Below, piece by piece: positions 21,001 through 30,906 of a stretch of DNA of 64,000 nucleotides. Both the position numbers and the translations under genes were made by a program. Within the stretch, counting starts at the first letter, position 1; each line of letters begins with the position of its first letter. The notes beneath the pieces are model-generated. The model was not told where the DNA came from and searched no databases. It saw nothing but the letters and a program-made list of their open reading frames with translations. Source of the stretch: Promethearchaeota archaeon (GTDB taxonomy: Archaea; Asgardarchaeota; Lokiarchaeia; Sigyniarchaeales; SOKP01). The stretch is taken from contig JAEOSU010000080.1 of the NCBI GenBank assembly GCA_016840165.1, positions 64,001 through 128,000 of the forward strand, in the 5' to 3' direction.

Positions 21001-21730
21001 TATATTTTGTAAAATATTCATTATATCCTTCCAATGTATCAACATTTTTTGCTCGATAAAATATCTGAGTCAAGACTCGTAGCGATTCGGTAATCTCATT
21101 ATTATTTATTCGATAGGAGGGTTTTTTAAAAGCCGAATCAAGCATATCCAGTAGTAATTGGGGTACCTCATCAAGATTCAGATTTGAGTATTGCCTGATA
21201 CATTCAAAGAAGTATTGTAAAGGAGTTTTCGAATCCAATTCTTTTAATTCGAGGAATTTCTCAAAGCGAAATTTATACTTTTCCTTTGAATAGCGAATAT
21301 ATCTTTCTCGAGCATTTAAAATCCATTCTTCAAGGAAATCAAATTCCTGTAAAGCAATCTCAACCAATTGTATAATAGCATAATCAATTAAATTAGAGTC
21401 TTTTAGGGCATCTGGAACAAAAGAAAAATAAGCACCTTGAAGTAGATAGTAAGGAAAGAACTTTTGATATTCCTTAAAGAGTTTGATATGGTATATTCCC
21501 TCTTCGACATATCTCATCACCCCATAAGAGAATAATTCGCCATCTGTTTCAAGATTTTCAATTTCGTCAAGGATATGTATCCTAAATTTTTTGTTAATTA
21601 CCTCTAAATTAATATAGGCGGTTAGATGGTTTATTAGGTTAAGGAAAATTTGATAAAATTGATTCTCATCATCGATTGTTGTCGCATTTTTCAATTGATT
21701 AAAATTCGGAGGATTAACCAAGCTCATCAA
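18098..21730 (-). CDS. Large hypothetical protein (1210 aa) with internally repeated alpha/beta segments
   Basis: Uninterrupted 3.6-kb ORF with no catalytic motif recognised and no TM segments. Confidence 0.75.
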   Translation of the reverse strand: MMSLVNPPNFNQLKNATTIDDENQFYQIFLNLINHLTAYINLEVINKKFRIHILDEIENLETDGELFSYGVMRYVEEGIYHIKLFKEYQKFFPYYLLQGAYFSFVPDALKDSNLIDYAIIQLVEIALQEFDFLEEWILNARERYIRYSKEKYKFRFEKFLELKELDSKTPLQYFFECIRQYSNLNLDEVPQLLLDMLDSAFKKPSYRINNNEITESLRVLTQIFYRAKNVDTLEGYNEYFTKYKEQGIIKTELSYRKFQKNLRWINKSGRIAPSYYSDWKAMDMAVIACCLKFNPQLDKAQIDKIIYKMPFIVMPKLSITNFAVEMFSYFVIPRVYIKDLLSMLDKMEQSGYIIHKYCSLAKNYTFNLNLRYFLDSYKEGQILKPNLKNGSKDYELEFTLKYHNKFVNSRLTLLKFLILDRVRFYSYIGLGFSRSKELSSIIKSDFYDFIIDQNNITKELEECLESLRVSSILRKDFQGFLERNRNFGFFYIIEELEKWLNYFRIIEKKSNLFNIIQFKEFVEKENVLQLIDTNGVFSDINTDSYDFKKLFLDYLNANEKYHKEVERLQFFHKFLNGCSNLKIFSISTIKQLIAKPEALEKIISVKKERIRELQTRTNLHEISYKTINLLFEEFIKKEPQILKPYLINTVIPWMAHYFPDIILKSNLEVKETILKLKSYFPEIYYYETVDLSTDEEYISLSLYIPNMISDEKVIFLSALNSMFKENIISFKRYPWTGFLETFTRKDFYDFTKKEFFYTSDLFSEYYTFIQKVLGELTTTFTEISVNGIKLWPRNKGMKTLIETVLTRLRSEDISFEMEDLRLLLQFNHHLEEYFSDMEEYKIAQRERFFHHYIDSIRLLPLFHKFGLSQYFLYITPFNFAEIDLKLLLTNTFQKIHYNVSINSSSSLLINYLFPYNDPNTSYLNWLRGQNKLREYCLFKIESFSQIVQFNTNLGSDGWYFDSKTFRMYVQNMLFNPRYSFQNSELKRLALNKANGLEYAGPDTRAFKLLTEVYNGESVDVKKKLTFNSQSIFEKIKFLIKNKFVWPYITFKNLAFKEAIHFFLFNIKSEALPILKNIFQYFNLVHLYDIKGEYYIHGFDEKKTIVKGLMVKLYLPECELAEFLQVFEYVFQYLKVEKYLILTDLVDGDFFLKSIIGNNRILDNYNPLTNLIWSKRKKQWSNHTLFSQEFNFIYPDLLYSQKDDHEGSKNG

Positions 21731-21942
21731 CTACTATATTTCATTTTGTCTAGCATACTATATGGAGAGGTTTGTTTTAAGTTTTTTTATCCAATTATAT
21801 CATTTATCTTATAATTTTCTTCATTTTTAAAGAAAAATTAGATCTATTCAATTGGAAAAGATATAGGATTTGTATATTATTGTAAGATTTATATATAACT
21901 TCTTTCTTGATTTTTATAATAATTCAATTTTGTGATATTAAA

Positions 21943-22638
21943 ATGGTTTCACCAATAGGTTGGCTTGATGGATTAACTGCATCAGGTATAATCCTTTCCT
22001 CAGTTATTTTTGGATTGTTATCGCTCTATAAAGCAAAAAAATTACATGCAAAATTACTCGCTATTGCCGCTCTTACGATGTTTTTTGTTGGCTGTTTATG
22101 GTTAGGTCCTTTTGTAGATTTCATTATGGTACTTTTTTTTAATACAAATTTAAGCGAGAATATATATTATTCTGTCCTCAGCTATACTAATGTCGCTCCG
22201 GCATTAATTTTTGCGATGTATCTTGGAGGCTCCCTTCTCTTACCTAAAAGAAAATGGATAATCGTTGGAATTTATATCATTTTGGGAGGGATATTCGAAT
22301 ACTTTCTATGGTTTCAGAATGCTCAGTCATTTTCATATATTCCTCATGAGGTCGGCGATTTAATTAATGCTGAATTTGTACGTACCTATTATACTTTTTA
22401 CTTTGTTGTCTTATTTTTAATTTCAGCATTAATTTTTCTCGGAATAGGATTTGCAATAAAAGCAAAACAATCAACAGGACAATTACGAAAAAAGTTTTTG
22501 TATTTATCATTAGGGTTTATAATTTTTGTTGTATGTGGTGCTTTAGATTCTGTTCTTACCTTACCAGTAGCAATAGGAGTCATTCGAGCAGTTATGATGA
22601 CTTTCGCTCTTTGGATGTATCTTGGACTTAAAACTTAG
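21943..22638 (+). CDS. Integral membrane protein with about 7 TM helices, function unknown
   Basis: About seven hydrophobic stretches. ATG at 21943 is preceded by a GTGA SD-like motif. Confidence 0.7.
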   Translation: MVSPIGWLDGLTASGIILSSVIFGLLSLYKAKKLHAKLLAIAALTMFFVGCLWLGPFVDFIMVLFFNTNLSENIYYSVLSYTNVAPALIFAMYLGGSLLLPKRKWIIVGIYIILGGIFEYFLWFQNAQSFSYIPHEVGDLINAEFVRTYYTFYFVVLFLISALIFLGIGFAIKAKQSTGQLRKKFLYLSLGFIIFVVCGALDSVLTLPVAIGVIRAVMMTFALWMYLGLKT

Positions 22639-22677
22639 AAATTTAATTCATTCAATTTTTCTTTTTTTATTCTTTTT

Positions 22678-24153
22678 TTATTGTCTGACTTCTTGAATAT
22701 AATCAAAGATCGTATCTACACGTTCTTTTATAGCACCAAATAAGCCCTCTTCTTCTGAAACAACTGAATTAATGGCAGTTTTTAATCCATAGTGACTTTC
22801 AGAAATCAATACTCGTATAGGTAGGGTTAATATCTCACTCATTAGCATCAAAAATTCTTGAACAATTTTAATAATTTTTGGGAATTTTTCTTCAGTCCTC
22901 TCCATAACCGATTGTTCAGATGAAATAAGTCCATCTTCTCGTTCTCTTCTCAATTCCTCCCAGACATTTTCCTTTAATTCGGCAAAATTAATCCCTAAAT
23001 TTTCTAAGGCTAATTGAGCGCCTTCAAATAAATAATTTATATCATCTTTTCCAGTAAATTGTTTTATATTTTCTACCATCTCAGTTGGTGCTAAACCATC
23101 GAGAAATGAGATAAGTAATTGATGATAATCATTAATCACATCAATTGGAATAAATAGTAAACTGAATTCTTTAATTTGTTGGAATAAATATCCTGCAACT
23201 TTCGAAAAGGTTTCATTCGTAAGTACTTTCTCAAGAATACCACCATATTCATTAAATAGATGGATTGCAAGAAAACCTATGATTCTAATCATGTCATCCT
23301 CATAATTTTTAAAATAATCAAAAAAATGCTCTGGTTCCATGTTTAATTTATCTTGGATGATCTCCCGAACCTTGGATTTAATTCCTTCTAAAGGTTCATC
23401 AAGCATCTCCTCAATTTTATCTAAGGAAAGAACATCCTGAAGTGTATCAATCATATCCATTTTTGTCTCTTGGACTGCTTCCTCCTCCAAATCCTCTTCA
23501 AATTTTACATCTGAATTTAATTTATCCTTTATCTTAACTTCTGAGAGTTTTTTCCATTCTAAAGCATCATATATTTTACATTTAAATTGAAGACACTCTT
23601 CTCCTCGTGCCATACATCTTTGTTCAACAATATTTATTCGATAATCATTTCTTTTGATTTTTAAAATAAAATTTGCTACACTTTCAAGCATACCTGTTAA
23701 TCCACAGGCTAAACCCTCGATATTGTCATTTTTTATTTTTTGAAAATCGAAAGTATCAGCATCATCCATACCGTAGCCAGCACATATTGGGCATGTTTTG
23801 ATGCGAATAATATAATCATTATATTTTGATCCTTCGTGAGGGATCTCCTCATAGGTTAAATCTCCTTCCGCAATTTCTTTTCCAAAAACAACTACCCATA
23901 AGAGTTCAAAATAATCAAGTACTTTTTTTGGACTTCCAGGCATGAACTTAAATACACCTGAATGGCGCTCACACGATTCACGTGCCGCTCTTTTCCCGAT
24001 TTCTCGAAGAATAGTGATACTATCTTCTTCATTTTCCGTAATTTCGTTGATTTCTTTTAGAATTTCCCTATAAAGAAGCGTATAAAACAGAGAATTAGTA
24101 TTTCGTCCAAATGCTTTAGTAATTCTTTTTAATAACCATTGAACAGCTCCCAT
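22678..24153 (-). CDS. V4R/Bet3(TRAPP)-like domain protein with helical C-terminal extension
   Basis: LREIGKRAA helix, CPIC, ACGLTGMLE and EQRCMARGEECLQF (V4R ExxCxAxGxxxCxF-like). Confidence 0.65.
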   Translation of the reverse strand: MGAVQWLLKRITKAFGRNTNSLFYTLLYREILKEINEITENEEDSITILREIGKRAARESCERHSGVFKFMPGSPKKVLDYFELLWVVVFGKEIAEGDLTYEEIPHEGSKYNDYIIRIKTCPICAGYGMDDADTFDFQKIKNDNIEGLACGLTGMLESVANFILKIKRNDYRINIVEQRCMARGEECLQFKCKIYDALEWKKLSEVKIKDKLNSDVKFEEDLEEEAVQETKMDMIDTLQDVLSLDKIEEMLDEPLEGIKSKVREIIQDKLNMEPEHFFDYFKNYEDDMIRIIGFLAIHLFNEYGGILEKVLTNETFSKVAGYLFQQIKEFSLLFIPIDVINDYHQLLISFLDGLAPTEMVENIKQFTGKDDINYLFEGAQLALENLGINFAELKENVWEELRREREDGLISSEQSVMERTEEKFPKIIKIVQEFLMLMSEILTLPIRVLISESHYGLKTAINSVVSEEEGLFGAIKERVDTIFDYIQEVRQ

Positions 24154-24155
24154 AC

Positions 24156-24665
24156 CTAATTCCCTCCTATATTATATTTATAGTGATGGATACAAGTTTT
24201 ATTTCCAAGGGATCGCGATTCTGAGACCTCAAATGGTTCTATTGAGAATTCTGGAGTCGGATTTGAGTCTTGGTTGATGATAGAGATGATTTCTGCCATC
24301 ATTGCAATGATAATTTCACACCCAGCTTCATTAATATCATCAAAATGGTATTTACATAGCGCACAGTTACTATCTTTGACTATTATACTGTTTTCTAATT
24401 TATCTAACTCAACTGAAACCCCACTATTTAAAATATTTTTATATAAAGTGGCTAGTATATCCTTAATGTTAGTTAAATTCGCTGAATCGATTGGTTTCCA
24501 GTATTTAATGTAAGTTTGAGCAATGTTTTTTCCCATTCTTCTAAGTTTTGTTTTGATATCTTTAACATCATTTAGCTTCATAAATCGTTCTAGATGATAG
24601 ACTGCATTCCGCAATTGATTCATAGTTGCCTCTGATTGTACTAATTCTTCTCGTGTATAATTCAT
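24156..24665 (-). CDS. Single-domain V4R/Bet3(TRAPP)-like protein
   Basis: LRRMGKNIA helix (Bet3-like), NCALC, AGCE and ESRSLGNKTCIH. Confidence 0.65.
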   Translation of the reverse strand: MNYTREELVQSEATMNQLRNAVYHLERFMKLNDVKDIKTKLRRMGKNIAQTYIKYWKPIDSANLTNIKDILATLYKNILNSGVSVELDKLENSIIVKDSNCALCKYHFDDINEAGCEIIIAMMAEIISIINQDSNPTPEFSIEPFEVSESRSLGNKTCIHHYKYNIGGN

Positions 24666-24865
24666 TATTCACACCTTTTAAGTAATCTTTTAATTAAGTA
24701 ATAGTTGAAAAATTATTTTCTTTTTTAATATTTTCAATTCGATGAGTATATTATTAGTATGTTTTCACAATGAATAAATTTTTCAATCCAAAAACGAAAA
24801 AAGTATGTTAACAGGAACATATTTTCTAAAGTTTGTATATAAGATAAAAGAAAAGAAAAAAGAAA

Positions 24866-25219
24866 TTACATATTAGCAATTATTTCACGAAGGACTGGTT
24901 CTCCTGCAGCACCAATCATCATGCCATTTCGTACAAGGGGTTGCCCTTGAACTTGTATTGTATGATCTAAAAGTTGACCATTTTTGAAAAAAAGCAATGT
25001 TGGAATCGCAGTTATTCCAAATCGTTGTCCAAGTGGACGATTTTGGTCTAGATCCACTTTTAGGACGTGTATCAATCCTTCCTCATGCAGTTTTTCTAAA
25101 ATAGGACTGACAAATTTACATGGACCACACCAAACGGTATAAATATCTATTATTACTTTTCCCTGTTTCATTTCATTAGAAATTTCCAAGCCATATTCTT
25201 TTAATTCTTCGATATTCAA
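24866..25219 (-). CDS. trxA: Thioredoxin
   Basis: WCGPC active site and cis-Pro motif IPTLLFFKNG. Confidence 0.92.
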   Translation of the reverse strand: MNIEELKEYGLEISNEMKQGKVIIDIYTVWCGPCKFVSPILEKLHEEGLIHVLKVDLDQNRPLGQRFGITAIPTLLFFKNGQLLDHTIQVQGQPLVRNGMMIGAAGEPVLREIIANM

Positions 25220-25415
25220 ATCAATGTCTCTCCTTAAAAGGTAAATGATAGAATTATATTTGATAGGTTTATTTGAAAAATCTACTTTTTCTATATTTTT
25301 TTTATATAATTCATTCTTTTTATTCTTTTTATTTATAAAAAATCACATTTCAATCATTAAAAGTCATGAATTTCATCCCTTAACCTTTAAGCGATACAAA
25401 AATGGTCTTAATTAG

Positions 25416-25437
25416 TGAGATTTGATATCAAATCTCA
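25416..25437. promoter_or_regulatory. Perfect 22-bp palindrome (candidate operator) in the divergent trx/hdrC intergenic region
   Basis: TGAGATTTGATATCAAATCTCA is its own reverse complement and lies about 105 bp upstream of the hdrC ATG. Confidence 0.55.
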
Positions 25438-25541
25438 AATATGTGATGCACTACTTAAATCAGTTTAAAATGAAAAGAATTAATTTTAAAATAAAATGTT
25501 AGTTATAGATACATAAGTTCAGAAAAAGATTATCGATTAAA

Positions 25542-26045
25542 ATGGCTACTATTGATTTTGATTTTAGAAACCAGATTATTCAATCTGATATTGGAAGTAC
25601 GCTAGCGTATTGTTATCAATGTGCTACTTGTAGTGGTGCCTGCCCTGTAGCACAAGTAACTAATGGACGATATAATCCCAGACGATTAATATTAGATGCA
25701 TTACTTGGGCTAAAAGAGAAGATTTTTGGGAAAGAGAATGCATTTAATATCTGGGGATGCACTGTTTGTGATACTTGCGACGAAGTTTGCCCGCAAAAAG
25801 TTGAATTAACTGAGATATTTACGATTTTAAAGAATATGAGTATTGAAAGAGGAGAGGGTCCTGAATATTATACAATACAAGCATCAACCATCCTAGAAAA
25901 CGGTAAAGCTATTCCTATGCAACCCGCAATCGAACGAAGAAGAGAACAATTAAATTTACCTCCCGTTCTTCCACCTAATGTAGAAGAAGTTCAAAAATTA
26001 TTAGAAGCTACAAAACTAGCAGATAAAATCAAAAAAGAAGAATAA
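25542..26045 (+). CDS. hdrC: Heterodisulfide reductase subunit C-like 2x[4Fe-4S] protein
   Basis: CYQCATCSGACP and WGCTVCDTCDEVCPQ; C-terminal RREQLNLP motif. Confidence 0.88.
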   Translation: MATIDFDFRNQIIQSDIGSTLAYCYQCATCSGACPVAQVTNGRYNPRRLILDALLGLKEKIFGKENAFNIWGCTVCDTCDEVCPQKVELTEIFTILKNMSIERGEGPEYYTIQASTILENGKAIPMQPAIERRREQLNLPPVLPPNVEEVQKLLEATKLADKIKKEE

Positions 26046-26116
26046 ATCTCATTCATATACTTATTATCGATATCCTTTTTAGCAAACTTTTTCAATTTTT
26101 ATTTATTATAATTGAG

Positions 26117-26893
26117 ATGATAATAAAAATGAGGAAGCCAATAATAGGTGCTAATTGGAAAATGTATAGAGGGGTCCCTTCTGAGGCTGAGGAGATACTC
26201 AGGGAGTTGGTTCCTAAGGTAATTGATATAAAAAATGTTGATATTGTAATTGCTCCTCCTTATACTTCAATTATTAAAACCATAGAACTAATTAAAAATA
26301 CATCTATAAAAGTGGGAGCCCAGAATATGTATTATGAGGAGAAAGGGGCATTCACGGGTGAGATCTCTCCTTTATTTTTAAAGAAGATAGGATGTGAATA
26401 TGTTATTTTAGGTCACAGTGAACGAAGAAATATTTTTAATGAAACTGATGAATTAATTAACAAAAAAGTGAAAAAAGCATTAGAGATAGATTTAACCCCT
26501 ATCGTTTGTATTGGAGAGCATTTAGATGAGAGAGAAAATGGAAAAACTAAAGGTGTTATTGAAAAACAGTTTGAAATGACTTTCGATGGATTGAATCAAG
26601 AAGATATGATAAAGCTTATCATTGCATATGAGCCAATCTGGGCAATAGGCACAGGAAAGACCGCTACACCCGAACAAGCAGAAGAAATCCACATGTTTAT
26701 CAGAAAAATAATAGAAGATAAGTATAATAAAGATACCGCAGAGAGAGTTAGAATCCAATATGGAGGTTCTATAAAACCATCAAATGCTAGAGAATTATTT
26801 AGTAAAGCAAATATTGACGGTGGTTTGGTTGGAGGTGCTTCTTTGCAAGCAGAATCCCTCTATCAAATAATTAAATCCGCTGAGAATTATTAG
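26117..26893 (+). CDS. tpiA: Triosephosphate isomerase (bacterial/eukaryotic long type)
   Basis: NWKM, GHSERR, AYEPIWAIGTG, YGGS and DGGLVGGASL. The start may be 26129. Confidence 0.96.
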   Translation: MIIKMRKPIIGANWKMYRGVPSEAEEILRELVPKVIDIKNVDIVIAPPYTSIIKTIELIKNTSIKVGAQNMYYEEKGAFTGEISPLFLKKIGCEYVILGHSERRNIFNETDELINKKVKKALEIDLTPIVCIGEHLDERENGKTKGVIEKQFEMTFDGLNQEDMIKLIIAYEPIWAIGTGKTATPEQAEEIHMFIRKIIEDKYNKDTAERVRIQYGGSIKPSNARELFSKANIDGGLVGGASLQAESLYQIIKSAENY

Positions 26894-26910
26894 ATTTTAT
26901 GAACACAATT

Positions 26911-27768
26911 TTATCCTAAAATTTGATTAAATCTAACAGCTAATTTACCAGGGAATTCCCCAAGATAAGATTGTGGTTCAGCAAATAGTAGATAAAAGTA
27001 AGATTGAAATAACCCATCCACGGTGGGTCCAACACCTGATTTTATTATATAAACCCATATTTCTTCATTAGAGGTAAAAGATTGCCTATATATCCATTCT
27101 AAGGGTGGAATTTCGGGAATAACTCCAACATTTCTTAGTATAGCATCAATAGTCTGGAAAGAATAGTTATTTCCGTAAGAAAAGATAGGAGATAAATCAA
27201 ATGAAGTAATAGATATCCCTAGCAAACCATACTTTTTCATCTCATTCAAATATCCCTCGCATAACTTAGATATTTCTGTTTTATGATCGTTAATGCGATC
27301 CCTCGCAGTTTTATCGTTTAAAATGTCTATTATTTTATCTTCCTCATTTTGTAAAAGTTCCATGGCAGAATCAAGAGGAATTCTGGTTGAGATAATAGAA
27401 TCATAAATCAATTTAATTTTTGCTTTCACAGATTTATGCAAAATATATGGTTCAGTTTGAGTAGTGATCAATACATCACCTTTATAACGTGATAGTTTTT
27501 TCTCTTGTGCCGCTTTATCTTGAGAATGAAATTCGACAATCTCGATTTTTTTATCGATATTGCGTGCGAATTCAAAAAGAGCAGATACTAACCCAGCATT
27601 AAGTTCAAACATACTCGTCCTATCTAAATCCATCTTTATTTCTTTACTATTTTTTGAAAAATCAAAAAATCTTAGAAAAAGATTAACATCCTTCGGAATT
27701 TCTTTTAATTCTAAATTATAGTAAGGAAATCCAGTGTTAGTTATGATTGATAATACGTAGTATGTCAT
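26911..27768 (-). CDS. Hypothetical protein, possible longin-like plus roadblock/profilin-like domains
   Basis: N-terminal VLSIITNTGFPYY...AGLVSALFEFA pattern; second domain begins GLLGISITSFDLSPIF. Confidence 0.55.
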   Translation of the reverse strand: MTYYVLSIITNTGFPYYNLELKEIPKDVNLFLRFFDFSKNSKEIKMDLDRTSMFELNAGLVSALFEFARNIDKKIEIVEFHSQDKAAQEKKLSRYKGDVLITTQTEPYILHKSVKAKIKLIYDSIISTRIPLDSAMELLQNEEDKIIDILNDKTARDRINDHKTEISKLCEGYLNEMKKYGLLGISITSFDLSPIFSYGNNYSFQTIDAILRNVGVIPEIPPLEWIYRQSFTSNEEIWVYIIKSGVGPTVDGLFQSYFYLLFAEPQSYLGEFPGKLAVRFNQILG

Positions 27769-27893
27769 TTATCTAGGGCTTTAATAAAAATTTTTTTTTA
27801 TTTTTCTATACATATAGATTTGAGTTTAGCTATTTAAATTAATGTAGAAATGAAGAGAAGCATTTAAAAGGTTATTTTGAGGATTTTAAGGAT

Positions 27894-30689
27894 CTATTTA
27901 ATAATGATTGCAGGTCTTCCAGGTAAGGCTTGGAGTGCTTTTTTATTTTTTGATTGATCTTCCTTGATAATATTAATATCACATTGATATTTATTTTTCA
28001 AAATAGATTGAATTTTAGTGAAAAAAGAATACTCCTCTTGCATATTTATCGGCGGAACGCTATATTTCCCGAGATTTTTTAGGACCTTTATGACAGTCTG
28101 AGAAATAAACTTCCCTTTTTCTCGATTCTCTTCTTTAAACATTAATTCCTTTATAATTTCTTTCTGATCCTTAGTTTTATCTGCTAAAGACAGCAACTGT
28201 GATAGAAAGTTATATTTCCATTGATCCGCTATAATCAGATTAATTTCGTCTGGTTGTTCTAATTTAATTATTACAAGGATATGATTAATCGAATCTATAG
28301 TATTATTGAGTAGATTCCATTTATAGTCATTTTCGACTGTAAGATATTTATCATCAAAACCTGGCCATTTTGAGATACTAAGGAATGTATTTTTATTGAG
28401 ATTTTCCCAGATTTCTTCTGTTACATGCGGAATAAAGGGATGGAGTAATATCGTAAATTTTTCTCGACATTCATCAAATACTTCTTGGGATATACCCTCA
28501 TTTTTATATTTTGAAAATTCAGAAGAAAATTGAATCAACTGGTTGATTGCGTCTCGAATATCTATAGATTCTAAGCTTTCAGAAACGTGTTTAATAGTTT
28601 TATGTAAATAATATAAAATTAGGGTATCCCTTATTGTTTCCTTCTTATTGAGATTCTGAGGTTCGTCGCTAAGCATTGAAAAAACATTTCTCACATATTT
28701 GAACGCAAAATCCACCCCTTCATCTGACCATTCCAATCCTGACTTAGGACTTGCTCCAAATAGTATAAAGAATCTCGCCGCATCGGCACCATATTTTTCC
28801 ATTAATCCAATGGGATCAACAGTATTCCCCAAGCTTTTGCTCATTTTAACACTTTTAAGGATGTATTTTGTACCACAGCGTTTACACATCTTATCATCTA
28901 TTTCGTTTTTCATCGCAAACGTTTCGCATTTGGGGCAATAGGGATGATTTTTGTTGATCATACCCTGAGTTAATAACCGTTGGAATGGTTCATCAATCGA
29001 ATGGAGCCCTAAATCCCGTGCTACTTTTGTGAAAAATCGGGCATATAATAGGTGAAGTATAGCATGTTCAATTCCTCCTATGTATTGATCTACATTCATC
29101 CAGTAATTCGCAACTTTTTTCTTATAGGGTAAATATATTTCATGCGGATCACAAAATCTTAGAAAATACCAAGAACTATCAACAAATGTATCCATAGTAT
29201 CGGTCTCACGTTCAGCGGGCTTTCCACATTTAGGACATATAGTTTTAAGGAATGATTCACTAGTCTTTATTGGATTTCCCTTTCCAGTAAACTTTACATC
29301 TTCAGGTAATTTAACTGGTAGGTCCTCATAAGATACGGGAACAATCCCACATCCTTTACAATAGATTATAGGGATAGGACATCCCCAATATCGTTGCCTA
29401 GAAATAAGCCAATCTCTTAATTTGTAATTTATCGTGAATGAGCCTTTATTGATTTTAGTAAGCTTTTCCGTGATTGCTTTAACTGCAGAACGGTTTTCCA
29501 TTCCATTAAATTCCCCGGAGTTGACCAAAATTCCATCTCCCTCGTATGCTCTAGTCATCTTATTTGGATTTAATGCATAATCAAAAGGTTGGATCACAAT
29601 CTTTATAGGGATATCATATTTTTTTGCGAATTCAAAATCTCTTTGATCGTGTCCGGGAACTGCCATAACCGCACCTGCACCATACTCATATATTACAAAA
29701 TTGCCAACATAGACTGGTACTTTTTCACTTGTCATAGGATTAATGGCATATTTACCGATGAATATACCCTTTTTTTCAATCTCTATATCAGTACGGGAAA
29801 ATTTATCTTGTTTTATAACCTCATTGTAAAAAATATTAAAATTTGGTTCGATTTTTGTTCCCTTAACCCATTTTTTAATCCAAGGGTGTTCCGGTGCGAA
29901 AACCATGAAAGTGACTCCAAACAGAGTATCCGGCCTAGTAGTGAAAATATCTATGGTTCTTTCTCCCCCTTCAATCGGAAATTGGATGATGGTTCCCTCT
30001 GAACGTCCAATCCAGTTTCTCTGCATTATCTTTACTTTCTCGGGCCAATCAACTTTATCTAACCCTTCCAGTAATTCCTCTGCATAAGTCCTTATCTTAA
30101 GAAACCACTGAGTAAGAAATTTTTGATTTACTTCCGCACCACAGCGCCAACATTTCCCAGTTAGGACCTGTTCATTCGCTAATACTGTTTGACATTTTGG
30201 ACACCAATTCACATAGCTTTCTTGTCTATATGCTAAACCCTTTTCAAACATTTTAAGAAAAAACCATTGATCCCAACGGTAATAACTTGGATCATGGCTA
30301 AAGATTTTTCGAGTCCAATCATATGAGAGACCGATTCGTTCTTGTTGTGTTTTCATCAACTCAATATTTGCATCGGTATATGATTCAGGATTCGCACCTT
30401 CATCTATAGCTGCATTTTCTGCTGGTAAACCGAATGAGTCGTAACCCATTGGATAAAGAACATTAAAATCATTCATTCTTTTATACCTAGCGTATGCGTC
30501 TCCAATAGAGTAATTTCTTAAATGTCCCATATGCAAACCGCTGCCAGATGGGTACGGATACATTTCTAATACATAAAACTTTTTCTTTTGCTCCTCTGGT
30601 AATTCAGTAACCTCGAAAATTTTTTCTTTTTTCCATCTGCTTTGCCATTTTTTCTCAATTGCTTTAAAATTATATTCTCGATTTGCCAT
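27894..30689 (-). CDS. leuS: Leucyl-tRNA synthetase
   Basis: MYPYPSG-x-GLHMGH (HIGH), KMSKS, CP1 TTRPDT and [17 protein letters not shown] and YIGGIEHA. Confidence 0.96.
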   Translation of the reverse strand: MANREYNFKAIEKKWQSRWKKEKIFEVTELPEEQKKKFYVLEMYPYPSGSGLHMGHLRNYSIGDAYARYKRMNDFNVLYPMGYDSFGLPAENAAIDEGANPESYTDANIELMKTQQERIGLSYDWTRKIFSHDPSYYRWDQWFFLKMFEKGLAYRQESYVNWCPKCQTVLANEQVLTGKCWRCGAEVNQKFLTQWFLKIRTYAEELLEGLDKVDWPEKVKIMQRNWIGRSEGTIIQFPIEGGERTIDIFTTRPDTLFGVTFMVFAPEHPWIKKWVKGTKIEPNFNIFYNEVIKQDKFSRTDIEIEKKGIFIGKYAINPMTSEKVPVYVGNFVIYEYGAGAVMAVPGHDQRDFEFAKKYDIPIKIVIQPFDYALNPNKMTRAYEGDGILVNSGEFNGMENRSAVKAITEKLTKINKGSFTINYKLRDWLISRQRYWGCPIPIIYCKGCGIVPVSYEDLPVKLPEDVKFTGKGNPIKTSESFLKTICPKCGKPAERETDTMDTFVDSSWYFLRFCDPHEIYLPYKKKVANYWMNVDQYIGGIEHAILHLLYARFFTKVARDLGLHSIDEPFQRLLTQGMINKNHPYCPKCETFAMKNEIDDKMCKRCGTKYILKSVKMSKSLGNTVDPIGLMEKYGADAARFFILFGASPKSGLEWSDEGVDFAFKYVRNVFSMLSDEPQNLNKKETIRDTLILYYLHKTIKHVSESLESIDIRDAINQLIQFSSEFSKYKNEGISQEVFDECREKFTILLHPFIPHVTEEIWENLNKNTFLSISKWPGFDDKYLTVENDYKWNLLNNTIDSINHILVIIKLEQPDEINLIIADQWKYNFLSQLLSLADKTKDQKEIIKELMFKEENREKGKFISQTVIKVLKNLGKYSVPPINMQEEYSFFTKIQSILKNKYQCDINIIKEDQSKNKKALQALPGRPAIIIK

Positions 30690-30906
30690 TCTAATCCTAA
30701 TACTTTCTTAAAATATACCAATTATAAATATTACCTTGAATAATTGATTGATTAAATTTTTTTGGAAAAAAACTCCTTCTAACGAAAACGTGAGGTATTT
30801 TAAAAAATAAAAATCTAAAAATTAGGAGTTTAAATATATATTTCTTTAAGGATACTTGTATCTGTAAAGATGCATGATATCAATTTCTAGTAAAGGGGTT
30901 ATTAAA

